From Candidatus Binatia bacterium (GTDB taxonomy: Bacteria > Desulfobacterota > Binatia > UBA12015), in assembly GCA_965658895.1 (NCBI GenBank), contig CBFHUR010000006.1, positions 50,131-114,130 of the forward strand: a DNA stretch of 64,000 nt, written 5' to 3'. The notes below the pieces were generated by a model. That model made no database searches. It was not told where the DNA came from and was given only the letters and a program-made list of their open reading frames with translations. This document shows, piece by piece, positions 49,555 to 59,474 of this stretch. The position numbers were made by a program, and so were the translations under genes. Within the stretch, counting starts at the first letter, position 1, and every line of letters begins with the position of its first letter.

Positions 49555-51380
49555 GTGCCCCCCGAGATGATCGATCGGATCAGGGAATTCACGAGGAGGC
49601 CGACGTCCAGAAGGCGTACGATCGCGACCTGCTCTTCCGGCTATGGCCCTTCCTGAGGCCGTATCGGGGAATTTTTGCGCTTTCCCTGGTGCTTCTGCCG
49701 TTGATCTCGGCGCTGATGCTGGTTCAGCCCTACCTGATCAAGGTGGCCATCGACGAGTACGTATCCCGGGGCGATGCGGGCGGCCTGGCTCGGATCGGGA
49801 TGTTCTTCATGAGCGCTCTGGTTGCCGAGTTTTGCCTCCTCTACGTGCAATACTATCTGACCATGTGGCTGGCTCAGCACGCGCTGGCCGACCTGCGTGC
49901 CAAGTTATTCGCCCATCTCGGCAGGCTGCCGCAGCGATATTTTGACCGGAATCCGGTCGGCCGTATTGTCACCCGGCTGACAACCGACGTCGATGTGCTC
50001 AACGAAGCGTTTGCCTCAGGTGGCATGACCATCTTCATGGATCTCCTCACCCTTGCGGGTATCGTCAGCGTGATGCTCTGGATCGATTGGCGCCTCGCGC
50101 TGGTAACCTTTGCTGCGGTGCCGATCCTGCTCTTTTCGATCGACTTCTTTCGCCGCAAGGCCAGGGTCACCTACCGGCTGATCCGGGAGCGGGTGGCCGG
50201 GATCAACAGCGTTCTCCAGGAGTCGATTTCCGGGATGACCGTCATTCAGCTCTTCGCTCATGAAAAGGCGAGTTTCTCGAAATTTGAAAAACAGAATCTC
50301 CTGCACCGCAATGCATACCATCGCGCCAATATTTACGAGGCATCGCTTTTCTCGGTCGTGGAGGCCGTCAGTTCGATCTCGGCAGGGTTGGTGATCTGGT
50401 ACGGGTCCGGTCAGATTCTGGCTGGGGTCGTGGCCTTCGGGACTCTGGTGGCCTTTATCGAATATCTGCAGAAGTTTTTCATCCCGATTCGTGACTTCTC
50501 GGCCAAATACGCGGTCCTGCAATCTGCCATGTCGGCGGCGGAACGCATCTTTCAATTGCTCGACGAGGAGATTTCCATCGAGGGCGCTGACCACGCACGA
50601 GTCCCGAAGCCTCAGGGGTTGGATCGCGGAGCCGTCTCGTTCCGCGATGTTTCATTTGCCTATCGGGGGGATGAGAATGTTCTCGAGGAGATCTCTCTGG
50701 AGATCCTGCCTGGCGAGACGGTCGCGATCGTTGGCGCCAGTGGATCGGGAAAGACCACGCTCACCAAGCTGATCGGTCGGAGTTTCGATACAAGCCAGGG
50801 CTCGGTGCGGGTCTCGGGTATCGATGTTCGGGATTGGGATCTTCACGCTTTGCGGCGCGAAGTTGGTATCGTACTGCAGGATGCCTTCCTGTTTCGCGGG
50901 AGCGTTGGCGAGAATGTTTCCTTGGGGCGTCGGGATACATCGGATGCGGACGTTCGCGCCGCGATCGAAGCCGCGAGTCTCACGGAGTTTATCGGGGGAC
51001 TGCCCGGTGGGCTTGAAGAGGGTATTCGTGAACGAGGCAACAATGTTTCCGTTGGCCAGCGTCAGCTTTTGGCATTCGCCCGCGCTCTGGCCTACGATCC
51101 GCGTATCCTGATTCTGGACGAGGCCACCTCGAGCGTGGATACCGAGACCGAGAGTCGGGTCCAGCAGGCACTCGACCATCTTCTCGCCAACCGTACCGCG
51201 ATCGTGATTGCTCATCGTCTCTCGACCATCGAGAAAGCCGATCGGATTGTCGTGATGCATCATGGGCGGATCCATGAAATCGGGACTCATCACGAGCTTC
51301 TTCGCGCCGATGGTCTCTATGCGAGGCTGCACGCTCTGCAATACGTGCGCCGAGAAAGTAGCGGCGGTTCGGCTGCATGA
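49551..51380 (+). CDS. ABC transporter permease/ATP-binding protein (heterodimer partner)
   Basis: Walker A 'GASGSGKTT', signature 'VSVGQRQL' and Walker B 'ILILDEATS'. It overlaps the upstream half-transporter gene by 4 nt. Confidence 0.9.
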   Translation: MSAPRDDRSDQGIHEEADVQKAYDRDLLFRLWPFLRPYRGIFALSLVLLPLISALMLVQPYLIKVAIDEYVSRGDAGGLARIGMFFMSALVAEFCLLYVQYYLTMWLAQHALADLRAKLFAHLGRLPQRYFDRNPVGRIVTRLTTDVDVLNEAFASGGMTIFMDLLTLAGIVSVMLWIDWRLALVTFAAVPILLFSIDFFRRKARVTYRLIRERVAGINSVLQESISGMTVIQLFAHEKASFSKFEKQNLLHRNAYHRANIYEASLFSVVEAVSSISAGLVIWYGSGQILAGVVAFGTLVAFIEYLQKFFIPIRDFSAKYAVLQSAMSAAERIFQLLDEEISIEGADHARVPKPQGLDRGAVSFRDVSFAYRGDENVLEEISLEILPGETVAIVGASGSGKTTLTKLIGRSFDTSQGSVRVSGIDVRDWDLHALRREVGIVLQDAFLFRGSVGENVSLGRRDTSDADVRAAIEAASLTEFIGGLPGGLEEGIRERGNNVSVGQRQLLAFARALAYDPRILILDEATSSVDTETESRVQQALDHLLANRTAIVIAHRLSTIEKADRIVVMHHGRIHEIGTHHELLRADGLYARLHALQYVRRESSGGSAA

Positions 51381-52423
51381 ACAGTTGGCGCGGGCTGTTG
51401 TTCTCCCTTCTCGCTTTCACTCTGGTGGGTTGCGGGGGCTGTTCGCCGCTCTATGTGCTCGAGGGCGCCGTGGTGCAGGGGCGGATCTTGCTGAGTCGCG
51501 AGCCGGTAGTACGGGTGCTGCGGGATCCGGAGCTGCCGGAGGCCCAGAGAGCGAAGCTCGAACTTCTCCTGGAAGCCCGCGCGTTTGCCGCCGGGGGAAT
51601 GGGGCTCGAGGTGGGGGACGCCTATGCAAGCTACGCGGAAGTCCCTGAAGGAGCGCTTGTTTGGGTAGTATCAGCCGCGCGTCAAACACGGCTGGAGAGC
51701 TATACTTGGTGGTTCCCGATCGTGGGGAGCGTGACCTACAAGGGCTTTTTCGAGAAGTCGGATGCCGAATCGCTCGCGCGCGATCTGCAGCAGGAGGGTT
51801 GGGATACCTATATGCGGCCCTCGAGTGCGTTCTCCACGCTGGGCTGGTTCGATGATCCGATTCTCTCGAACTGGCTCCGCCGGGATGATGTGGCGCTGGT
51901 CGATCTGCTTCTCCACGAGCTCACGCACCGCAGCTTTTACCGCTCTGGTCATACTGATTTTAACGAGTCTTTTGCCAGCTGGGCAGGGCGTGCCGGCGCC
52001 TACGCCTTCTTCCGAGACCGCGACGGTGCCGAGGCGGCCAATACGCAACTGGCCTTCAAGCGGTTGCAGGAATCCTTTCAGAGTTCGGCGCGTTGGGGAG
52101 CGGAGATCGAGAAGCTCGAGAAGTTTTATCGTCAGGCCGCAAGAGAGAAATGGCCGAGAGCGAAAATTCTGGAGGAGCGGCGAGAGGTCTATCGGGTGTT
52201 CGGCGATCCCGACCGGGTAAATAATGCCGTGATTCTTGCTCGCTGGGCCTACCGGCGTGACCTCAGTGATTTTCGCTGTGCGCAGGAGGCCACTGGTGCC
52301 CCCTTGCGCGAGGTGCTGGCTTCCACCTGGAGCCAAGCTTCTGCGTCAGCCGATCCCTTTGCTGCAATCCGCTGTCAGGACGACGGTGGGCAACCGGAAG
52401 GGGCGCCAGCAGGGCGTTCGTAA
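51377..52423 (+). CDS. predicted aminopeptidase lipoprotein (DUF2265 family, HExxH)
   Basis: Lipobox 'LVGCGGC' and HExxH 'LLHELTHRSFY'. It overlaps the ABC gene by 4 nt. Confidence 0.6.
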   Translation: MNSWRGLLFSLLAFTLVGCGGCSPLYVLEGAVVQGRILLSREPVVRVLRDPELPEAQRAKLELLLEARAFAAGGMGLEVGDAYASYAEVPEGALVWVVSAARQTRLESYTWWFPIVGSVTYKGFFEKSDAESLARDLQQEGWDTYMRPSSAFSTLGWFDDPILSNWLRRDDVALVDLLLHELTHRSFYRSGHTDFNESFASWAGRAGAYAFFRDRDGAEAANTQLAFKRLQESFQSSARWGAEIEKLEKFYRQAAREKWPRAKILEERREVYRVFGDPDRVNNAVILARWAYRRDLSDFRCAQEATGAPLREVLASTWSQASASADPFAAIRCQDDGGQPEGAPAGRS

Positions 52424-52989
52424 TCTTTCAGGGACGACGGTAGTCGCGGAGGATCCTGCTCGGCCCAGCAGGCCGCAGCCAGCTGGGATGCGGTCAGTTT
52501 TTGCTCGGCGGCCTGTTGGTGGGCGTGTGGCCATCCCATCTTCACGCCACTGAGATTTGCGCCGGCAAATTTGGTCTCGGCCAGAAAAGTGTGGCGGAGG
52601 TCGGCACCACGTAGATCCGCTCCGCGCAAGTCAGCTCCTTCAAGGTTGGCGCCGTCGAGATCGGCCTTTTGCAGATCGGCATGGCGCTCCGGGCCACCGA
52701 AGTCGGCGCCAGCGAGCTCGGCATTTGTGAGGTCGGCGCCCGCCAGCCGGATGCCGCTCAGATCGCGTCCGGTGAGGTCGATGCCCACCATGGAGGTGCC
52801 ACATTGTCCCAGGAGTTCCAATTGCGCGACGGAGAGCTCTTTTTGGCGGTCTGGCTCATCGAGAAGAAAGCGTGCCTGAAGAAGCTCCATGCCTTTGCAT
52901 GCGTCCGTATCTGTCGTAGGCTCGCCGAGGATTTCCCTCGGAAGCAGAACTATGAGAATCATCACGACGATGCGAAGGACCGTGGACAT
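52375..52989 (-). CDS. pentapeptide-repeat protein (secreted)
   Basis: Signal peptide followed by repeated A(D/N)LxG(A)xL pentapeptides, for example 'ADLTNAELAGADFGG' and 'ADLEGADLRGADLRGADLR'. Confidence 0.8.
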   Translation of the reverse strand: MSTVLRIVVMILIVLLPREILGEPTTDTDACKGMELLQARFLLDEPDRQKELSVAQLELLGQCGTSMVGIDLTGRDLSGIRLAGADLTNAELAGADFGGPERHADLQKADLDGANLEGADLRGADLRGADLRHTFLAETKFAGANLSGVKMGWPHAHQQAAEQKLTASQLAAACWAEQDPPRLPSSLKDYERPAGAPSGCPPSS

Positions 52990-53321
52990 GCCCCCAGACT
53001 CTATGGAACCGACGCGAGCTGCAAGCGGTTCGGTCCGGGACGGAGCACGGGTGCGAGGACCTCGCCGGTGTTGAGCGCTGTGGATCGCTTATCCAGCGCC
53101 GGTGGCTTGCCCAGTGGCTTCTGCGGATCTTGCGACCGGCAGGTGCTTCTGGCTTCGGGTGAGCAATCCGGTTGGGCCTGTGTTCATTGCGAGGCCGAAA
53201 TCTCGACGGTTTCCCTCGTTGCGGAAGAGGAAATCTCGACGTTGGGGTACGGAATCCTCGAAGAGCCCAAGGCAGGTTGTGCAACCGGTTGCGGAGCGGG
53301 CGGTTGCGGTGTTGGTTCTGC

Positions 53322-53771
53322 TCAAACCCGCCCGAGCTGACGCAGGCCCTCATAGAGGACGATCGAGACGGCATTGGCCAGGTTGAGGCTTCGGACGCCG
53401 GTCCCGGGCATGGGGATGTGCCAGAGCGGCGCGAGCTCCTCTTTCAGTTTTGGGGACAATCCTTTGGATTCGGATCCAAAGACAAGAGCATCACCCTCGG
53501 CATAGGTGGCCTCGGTGTAGCTGCGCTGTGCATGCGTACTGAACCCCCGCAGCGCGCTGGGCTGCACTTCATCGACAAAGGCCTCGAAGTTGTCATGGGT
53601 ATAGAGGTCCACGAAAGGCCAATAGTCCAGACCGGCGCGCTTGAGGTAGCGGTCCTCGAGGGAAAAGCCCAATGTTCCGACCAGATGCAGCGGGCTGCCG
53701 GTGGCCGCGGCCAGCCGGGCAATCGAGCCCGTATTTTGCGGAATCTCCGGCTCGACCAGGACGATATGCAT
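53322..53771 (-). CDS. trmL: tRNA (cytidine/uridine-2'-O)-methyltransferase, SpoU/TrmL family
   Basis: 'MHIVLVEPEIPQNTGSIARLAAATGSPLHLV' and 'SLNLANAVSIVLYE' SPOUT motifs. Confidence 0.8.
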   Translation of the reverse strand: MHIVLVEPEIPQNTGSIARLAAATGSPLHLVGTLGFSLEDRYLKRAGLDYWPFVDLYTHDNFEAFVDEVQPSALRGFSTHAQRSYTEATYAEGDALVFGSESKGLSPKLKEELAPLWHIPMPGTGVRSLNLANAVSIVLYEGLRQLGRV

Positions 53772-54253
53772 CAGTGAACGTCCGGTGAACGCAGGGGCCA
53801 TCGCTCGGCACCCGGACCGGGAAGAAAGTATGCGCCGGCCTCTTCATCGGCGTGCGCGAGAAGTTCCATTTGGGGTGCACGGAGGAACCGGATGCGATGC
53901 CGACCCTCCTTGGCCTGCCCGTAGAGAACATGGTCGGGCGCCAGCGAGAGTGACCCTGCATCGAGGGGCTCTGAGGATCCATCATTCAATCCGAGTGTGA
54001 ATCCGGCCGCGGGGGAGCCGTCGACCCGGACCACGACCCAGGGCGTATCCTCGATCACGACCTGCGCGCGCTCGTCCCCCATCACAATCCACCACGAACC
54101 ATCGTCGCGCTGGAGGAGATGACGCGAGAAAAGCAAGGCAATCCGGGGATTCTCGATCCACTCATCGTCCGAATACCAACGCCCGTCCTTACCGAAACGG
54201 ATCTCTCCGCTCTCGATCGACCAAAAACCTGCCATCGCCATAGTCACCAGCAT
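53771..54253 (-). CDS. DUF1285 domain protein
   Basis: 'FGKDGRWYSDDEWIENPRIALLFSR...VVVRVDG'. I chose the start among three in-frame Met codons at 54253, 54241 and 54235. Confidence 0.55.
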   Translation of the reverse strand: MLVTMAMAGFWSIESGEIRFGKDGRWYSDDEWIENPRIALLFSRHLLQRDDGSWWIVMGDERAQVVIEDTPWVVVRVDGSPAAGFTLGLNDGSSEPLDAGSLSLAPDHVLYGQAKEGRHRIRFLRAPQMELLAHADEEAGAYFLPGPGAERWPLRSPDVH

Positions 54254-54328
54254 TCCACTGCAATGGCGGGTCGGCAAGTTTGTCGAGACCTTTCGGCTTG
54301 GACGACCAGAGTATAAGAAGAGAAGTCG

Positions 54329-55606
54329 ATGATTCCTGTTTTGTTCTCGATTGGGCCGTTTTCGATCCACACCTTTGGTGCGATGCTGGCGCTCGCCTTT
54401 CTGGCCGCCTCGGCGGTGTTGGTGCGAAATCTGGAGCGGCGTGGCCTGAACGGCGAATGGGCCGGTCCGATTACGTGGTCGGCCGTGATCGGTGGGTTGG
54501 TCGGCGCGCGATTGCTTTCGGTGATCAATAACTGGCAGCAATTCCTCGCCGATCCAGTGGGGCAGTTATTGACCGGCGCGGGTTTTGTCTTTTTCGGGGG
54601 ACTCCTCGGTGGTCTGGTGGCCGTCTCGTTCTGGGTCTATCGCAATGGCGTTTCGTGGTGGTTGATCGCTGACGCCGTGGCTCCGGCGGTGATTATGGGC
54701 CAGGCGATAGGGCGCATCGGCTGTCAGTTGGCCGGCGATGGAGATTGGGGCACGCCCACCGAGCTGCCGTGGGGCATGGCATACCCGGCCGCGATCTTCG
54801 GATGGGTTCATGCTCCGGGAGTTCTGGTTCACCCCGCGCCGGTTTACGAGAGTTTGTTGTACTCGGGAATCTTTGTCGCCTTGATGCAAATGTATCGCAT
54901 GCCGGAACGTTGGCGGCCCGGGGCAGTGTTGTTTGCTTTTCTGGCACTCTCCGGCCTCGCGCGCTTTGCTGTAGAAATCGTGAGAATCGAACCAAGGATC
55001 TTCCTCGGAGGTACCGAGGCCCAGTGGATCGGCGCGGTCATGGTTGTGGTCGGCCTGGTCGGTCTGGCCTACGTTCAGGGCCGTCGCGGATTGCGTTCGG
55101 CGTTGGGTGTGGTGCTTCTCGCGCTGATGACGACTTCTTGCGTAACCGGTCCGCCGACCGCACCCGATGTCCGGGCCCAGCATCTGGACGGCAAGTCCTT
55201 CCGCCTGTCGGCTCAGCGCGGGAAAGTTGTATTGCTCAATATCTTCACTACCTGGTGTCCTCCCTGCCGGGAGGAGATGCCGTCGATGCAGCGACTTGCC
55301 GACGAACTTGCCGATGAAGATTTCCTGATCGTGGGGGTGGCCGAGGACGATGGAGGGGCTCCGGTGGTCAAGGAGTTCGGGGACGAACTCGGCGTTCGAT
55401 TTCCTCTGCTGACCGAACCTTCCGGTACAGTTGGGCAGACCTACAAGATCTCCGGATATCCCGAGACCTTCATCATCGATCGGCAGGGGAAGCAGTTGGC
55501 AAGGATTATCGGGCCTCTCGAATGGGATGATCCGGTCCTGGTAGCGGACCTTCGGCACCTGATCCGAACCGGGGAATGGCGTCGCGGACCGGATGGTCGA
55601 CCCTAG
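54329..55606 (+). CDS. lgt: prolipoprotein diacylglyceryl transferase fused to C-terminal TlpA-like thioredoxin domain
   Basis: The N-terminal ~270 aa are Lgt ('GPFSIHTFGAMLALAF', 'GRIGCQLAGDGDWG', 'HPAPVYESLLY'). The C-terminal ~150 aa hold 'VVLLNIFTTWCPPCREEMPSM...GYPETFIIDRQG', a TlpA/ResA fold with a WCPPC active site. Confidence 0.8.
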   Translation: MIPVLFSIGPFSIHTFGAMLALAFLAASAVLVRNLERRGLNGEWAGPITWSAVIGGLVGARLLSVINNWQQFLADPVGQLLTGAGFVFFGGLLGGLVAVSFWVYRNGVSWWLIADAVAPAVIMGQAIGRIGCQLAGDGDWGTPTELPWGMAYPAAIFGWVHAPGVLVHPAPVYESLLYSGIFVALMQMYRMPERWRPGAVLFAFLALSGLARFAVEIVRIEPRIFLGGTEAQWIGAVMVVVGLVGLAYVQGRRGLRSALGVVLLALMTTSCVTGPPTAPDVRAQHLDGKSFRLSAQRGKVVLLNIFTTWCPPCREEMPSMQRLADELADEDFLIVGVAEDDGGAPVVKEFGDELGVRFPLLTEPSGTVGQTYKISGYPETFIIDRQGKQLARIIGPLEWDDPVLVADLRHLIRTGEWRRGPDGRP

Positions 55607-56342
55607 GCGCCTTCTGGCGGCGGGCTGTCTGATTGTCCTGCTGGCCGAGCCCGCCCTCGCGAGGGTGGGCTTGCCACGCGCGGTCCAGATCGAATTACGG
55701 GTGGTGGCTCGGGAACTCGCGGTGAGTCGTCGGGCGCGATTGGTGGCCAGCCGGGCGGCCGTCCGAGCGCAGGCCGACTGGGCCGCGGCCTCTGCCGAAA
55801 ATAATGCCCAGCGAGCGGAGCTGGCCGAGCGTGCCGCTCAAGCGCGACAGGTTTATCATTTCTGGCAAGCTCGCTGTGTCGCATTGGAACAACAGCGGGT
55901 GGACCTCCGCGAACGTCGCCGTGCGTGGCGTCGCAGCGGCGGTGCAATCTCACCGCGTCAGATGCCGGCGGTCGGCCTGGTGGAGGTTCCGTTTCGGGCC
56001 GATGGGACCCGCTCGGGATGGGAGGACGGAATCGGGATCCGCGTGGCTGCCGGGGATTGGGTGCGAGCCGCCGCTCCCGGCACCGTCGCCTTTTCCGGCG
56101 AACTCCCCGCCTACGGGGGCGTGGTCATTCTGGACCACGGCCTTCGTGTATTTACCGTATATGGAGGCCTCGCCGAGCCCACGATGCCGCTGGATGCTCC
56201 GGTATCGGTTGGGGCGCGCCTGGGTCAGGCGGCCCCGGACGGGGGTGGTCTGGTCTATTTCTCCGTGCGCCGTGGTCGCAAGGCGCTTGACCCCGAGGAT
56301 TGGCATCGTGAGGCGGATCCGGCAGATTTGCCCGGGGAGTAG
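55593..56342 (+). CDS. M23 family metallopeptidase (LytM domain, EnvC-like with coiled coil)
   Basis: Signal peptide, a coiled-coil region, and a C-terminal 'GIGIRVAAGDWVRAAAPGTVAFSG...VILDHGLRVFTVYGGL' LytM domain. Confidence 0.7.
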   Translation: MVDPRRLLAAGCLIVLLAEPALARVGLPRAVQIELRVVARELAVSRRARLVASRAAVRAQADWAAASAENNAQRAELAERAAQARQVYHFWQARCVALEQQRVDLRERRRAWRRSGGAISPRQMPAVGLVEVPFRADGTRSGWEDGIGIRVAAGDWVRAAAPGTVAFSGELPAYGGVVILDHGLRVFTVYGGLAEPTMPLDAPVSVGARLGQAAPDGGGLVYFSVRRGRKALDPEDWHREADPADLPGE

Positions 56343-56416
56343 GCGCGCCTCGCTTTTATCGGTTAGAGTGTTTCCATGAGCTTTTCTGAATTCTTCGTAC
56401 CGGAGGGATCTCCTTC

Positions 56417-57841
56417 ATGATGCGCCGCTCGGGTCTTCGTCCAAGCCCGATTGCCTTCGCCTTGGGCGTGGGGATTGTCCTTGGCGCCATTTTTCTCGGT
56501 GGCGGAGGTGTGCAGCGCGTGGTGGCCGTGGATCAGGACTCCTACGACGAGTTGGAGACGTTCACCAATATTCTCACCATCGTGCAGAAGAACTACGTGG
56601 AAGAAGTGGGCACTCAGGAATTGATGGAGGGCGCTGTCAACGGGATGCTCGCTTCGCTGGACCCGCATAGTGCCTACCTGACACCCGAGCTCTACAAGGA
56701 GCTGCAGGTGGATACGAAGGGCAGCTTTGGCGGGCTCGGGATCGAGATTACCAACCGAAGTGGTGTGCTGACGGTGGTCTCTCCCATCGAAGATACTCCC
56801 GCGTTCCGCGCAGGAATCCAGCCCGGCGACCAGATCGTGAAAATCGAGGACGAGCTGACCAAGGATATGTCCCTGATGGATGCGGTCAAATTGATGCGCG
56901 GTCCACGCGGGACTGACATTACCATCTCGATTCGTCGCGAGGGATTGGCTGACTTTCTCGAAATGACCCTCACTCGGGAGAACATTCAGATCGAGAGCGT
57001 GAAATCCAAGAGTCTGGGCAATGGCTACGGCTATATCCGAATTACCCAGTTCCAGGAGCGCACGGGCCCGGCCGTGATCGAAGCCCTCGCGGCATTGAAC
57101 GAAACGGCGGAAGGCGATCTTGAAGGGTTGATCCTGGATTTGCGCAACGACCCCGGTGGTTTGCTTTCTCAGGCGGTTCAGGTTTCGGACGCCTTTCTCG
57201 ACTCGGGGATGATTGTCTATACCGACGGGCGCCTGGAGAATCAGAAGCAGAAGTATTTTGCGCGCAAGGCAGGGAGCCATACCGATTTTCCGATGATCGT
57301 TCTCGTCAATGGCGGGACCGCTAGTGCGGCCGAAATTGTCGCGGGTGCCCTGCAAGACCATCATCGGGCTCTGGTTCTGGGCACGGAGACCTTTGGCAAA
57401 GGGTCCGTTCAGACCATTCTGCCGCTGGATGAATTCTCGGCCTTGCGACTGACCACGGCGCGTTATTACACCCCGAGCGGAAGGTCGATCCAGGCCACGG
57501 GAGTCGTGCCGGATATTTACTTCGAAAATGAACTGCCGGCGGCCCAGAACGCGGCGACCCGCAGCGGGTCGCTGGTTCTCCGCGAGTCGAATCTTCCCAA
57601 GCACCTCCAGAGCGGGGAGCCCGATTCCGGCCAGATCGATGATGAAGCAGCGGATTCGGATGATTCGGACTCGAATGAGGATCCGGAGGCCGAGAAGCCA
57701 TCCGACGAGGATGCATCGGGTGCGGCGGATTCACTGGGGCTGAAGCTGGGAGAGCCGGGCCGTGATCCTCAGTTGGATCGAGCGATCGAATTGCTCAAGA
57801 GCTGGCGCGTGTTTCGAACCATCGACGCGCAGCGGAGCTGA
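56417..57841 (+). CDS. ctpA: carboxyl-terminal processing protease (peptidase S41)
   Basis: PDZ ('GLGIEITNRSGVLTVVSPIEDTPAFRAGIQPGDQIVKI') plus S41 catalytic 'GGTASAAEIVAGALQDH' and 'LDLRNDPGG', followed by an acidic C-terminal tail. Confidence 0.85.
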   Translation: MMRRSGLRPSPIAFALGVGIVLGAIFLGGGGVQRVVAVDQDSYDELETFTNILTIVQKNYVEEVGTQELMEGAVNGMLASLDPHSAYLTPELYKELQVDTKGSFGGLGIEITNRSGVLTVVSPIEDTPAFRAGIQPGDQIVKIEDELTKDMSLMDAVKLMRGPRGTDITISIRREGLADFLEMTLTRENIQIESVKSKSLGNGYGYIRITQFQERTGPAVIEALAALNETAEGDLEGLILDLRNDPGGLLSQAVQVSDAFLDSGMIVYTDGRLENQKQKYFARKAGSHTDFPMIVLVNGGTASAAEIVAGALQDHHRALVLGTETFGKGSVQTILPLDEFSALRLTTARYYTPSGRSIQATGVVPDIYFENELPAAQNAATRSGSLVLRESNLPKHLQSGEPDSGQIDDEAADSDDSDSNEDPEAEKPSDEDASGAADSLGLKLGEPGRDPQLDRAIELLKSWRVFRTIDAQRS

Positions 57842-57847
57842 AGGCTC

Positions 57848-59239
57848 ATGGGCGCTCAGCCGCCGGAGCCGGCAAAGCGCCGGGCCGTCTCGATCCGGAG
57901 GTTCGTCACCCGAATTCAAGTGGGTCTCGAGGAGTCGTTTCCCGGAAAGTTCTGGATTGAGGGGGAAGTCTCCGGCTTGAGCACCTCCCCGCAGGGGCAT
58001 CTCTATTTTTCGCTGAAAGAGGAGAAGGCGCAGGTCTCCGTTGTGGTCTGGGCGAGCCGAGTGCGCGGACTGTCGGTTCAGCCAGCCGACGGAATGGCGG
58101 TAGTCGCCCGTGTGGCAAAGGTCGATTTTTATGGTCCGAGCGGGAGGCTTTCCCTGCATCTCGATGGTCTGGAGGCCTGTGGCGAGGGCCAGATCGCTCG
58201 CCGACTCGAGGCGAACCGAAAGAAGTTTCAGGCGGAGGGACTTTTTGCAGAGGAACGCAAACGGTCCTTGCCGTTTCTGCCGCGGCGTATCGGTATCGTG
58301 ACGGCGCGGCAGGGCGCGGTCATTCACGATATTTGCCGAACCATCGAGCTCCGCTATCCGGAGCGTGAGATCCTTTTGCGGCCGTCCCGCGTGCAGGGTC
58401 CAGGTGCGGCGCAGGAAATTGCCGACGGGATTGATGATCTCAACCGGCACGGTGGTGTGGACGTGATGATCGTCGGCCGAGGCGGTGGTTCCGTCGAGGA
58501 CCTTTGGGCTTTTAATGAGGAGGCTGTGGTGCGGGCGATTGCCCGCTCCGAGGTCCCGGTGATCTCGGCGGTCGGTCATGAATCGGATTGGTCGCTGGCG
58601 GACGCGGTAGCCGACGTACGCGCTGCGACCCCGACAGCTGCAGCCCAGATGGTGGTGCCGATCCGGACCGCACTCGAGTCGGATCTCCAAGGCCTGGGTC
58701 AGCGGTTGTCGAATGTGATTGCTGGAGGGTTGGACAGCCGCCGCAAGTTTCTGGACCACGCCGAGGTGGTTCTTCGGGATCCAGAGCGATTGGTGGCGCA
58801 GAAACGCGCAGAATTGGCGGGGGCGGCCGGCCGCTTGCGGGGGGCTCTGGTCGGATTGACGCCGGCTCGTCGCCGCCGGCTCGCATCGATCGGTCAGCAA
58901 ATGAACGACCTTTTGCCCAGAACCGATTTGCATTCCTTGCGTCTCGAAGGCTTCGGCCGCCGTCTGGGGATGGGAATCGAGAGGCGACTGGAGCGCGACC
59001 GAAAGGGATTGAGTCATCTGGCCACGCAATTGCACGGCCTCTCGCCGCTGGCCGTCCTTGATCGGGGGTTTGCCTTGGTCCGGGATGCGGATGGAAGTAT
59101 CGTGCGAAGCGCCTCGGAACTTCAGCCGTCGGAAGTCCTGCACTTGCGACTGGCTCGTGGAGCGGTTTCGGCACGGGTGGAAGAGGTACTCGAGACAGAA
59201 GAGGGGAATGGGGAGCAAGATGACAGCAAGGAAAGCTGA
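57848..59239 (+). CDS. xseA: exodeoxyribonuclease VII large subunit
   Basis: OB-fold N-terminus 'FWIEGEVSGLSTSPQGHLYFSLKE' and catalytic 'IGIVTARQGAVIHDI...GRGGGSVEDLWAFNEE'. Confidence 0.9.
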   Translation: MGAQPPEPAKRRAVSIRRFVTRIQVGLEESFPGKFWIEGEVSGLSTSPQGHLYFSLKEEKAQVSVVVWASRVRGLSVQPADGMAVVARVAKVDFYGPSGRLSLHLDGLEACGEGQIARRLEANRKKFQAEGLFAEERKRSLPFLPRRIGIVTARQGAVIHDICRTIELRYPEREILLRPSRVQGPGAAQEIADGIDDLNRHGGVDVMIVGRGGGSVEDLWAFNEEAVVRAIARSEVPVISAVGHESDWSLADAVADVRAATPTAAAQMVVPIRTALESDLQGLGQRLSNVIAGGLDSRRKFLDHAEVVLRDPERLVAQKRAELAGAAGRLRGALVGLTPARRRRLASIGQQMNDLLPRTDLHSLRLEGFGRRLGMGIERRLERDRKGLSHLATQLHGLSPLAVLDRGFALVRDADGSIVRSASELQPSEVLHLRLARGAVSARVEEVLETEEGNGEQDDSKES

Positions 59240-59474
59240 GAAGCCGGGCAGCGACCTCACGTTCGAGGAGGCGATGAGCAAGCTCGAGACAATCGTGGCA
59301 CGTCTGGAGCAAGGCAATGTACCGCTCGAGGAGTCTCTGGCCTCGTTCGAGGATGGGGTTGGCCTGTTGCGTGCTCTGCATGGGCGGCTCGGTGAAGTCG
59401 AAAAACGCGTCGAGGTGCTGGTGCGAGATGCCGGTGGCGTTCTGCGTCAGGAAGACCTCGAGGTCGAGGAATGA
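59220..59474 (+). CDS. xseB: exodeoxyribonuclease VII small subunit
   Basis: 'LTFEEAMSKLETIVARLEQGNVPLEESLASFEDGVGLLR'. ATG at 59220 overlaps the xseA 3' end. Confidence 0.8.
   Translation: MTARKAEKPGSDLTFEEAMSKLETIVARLEQGNVPLEESLASFEDGVGLLRALHGRLGEVEKRVEVLVRDAGGVLRQEDLEVEE

Noticed and set aside
56363-57604. 413-aa ORF antisense to ctpA
   Set aside because: ctpA has clear PDZ and S41 motifs on the opposite strand.
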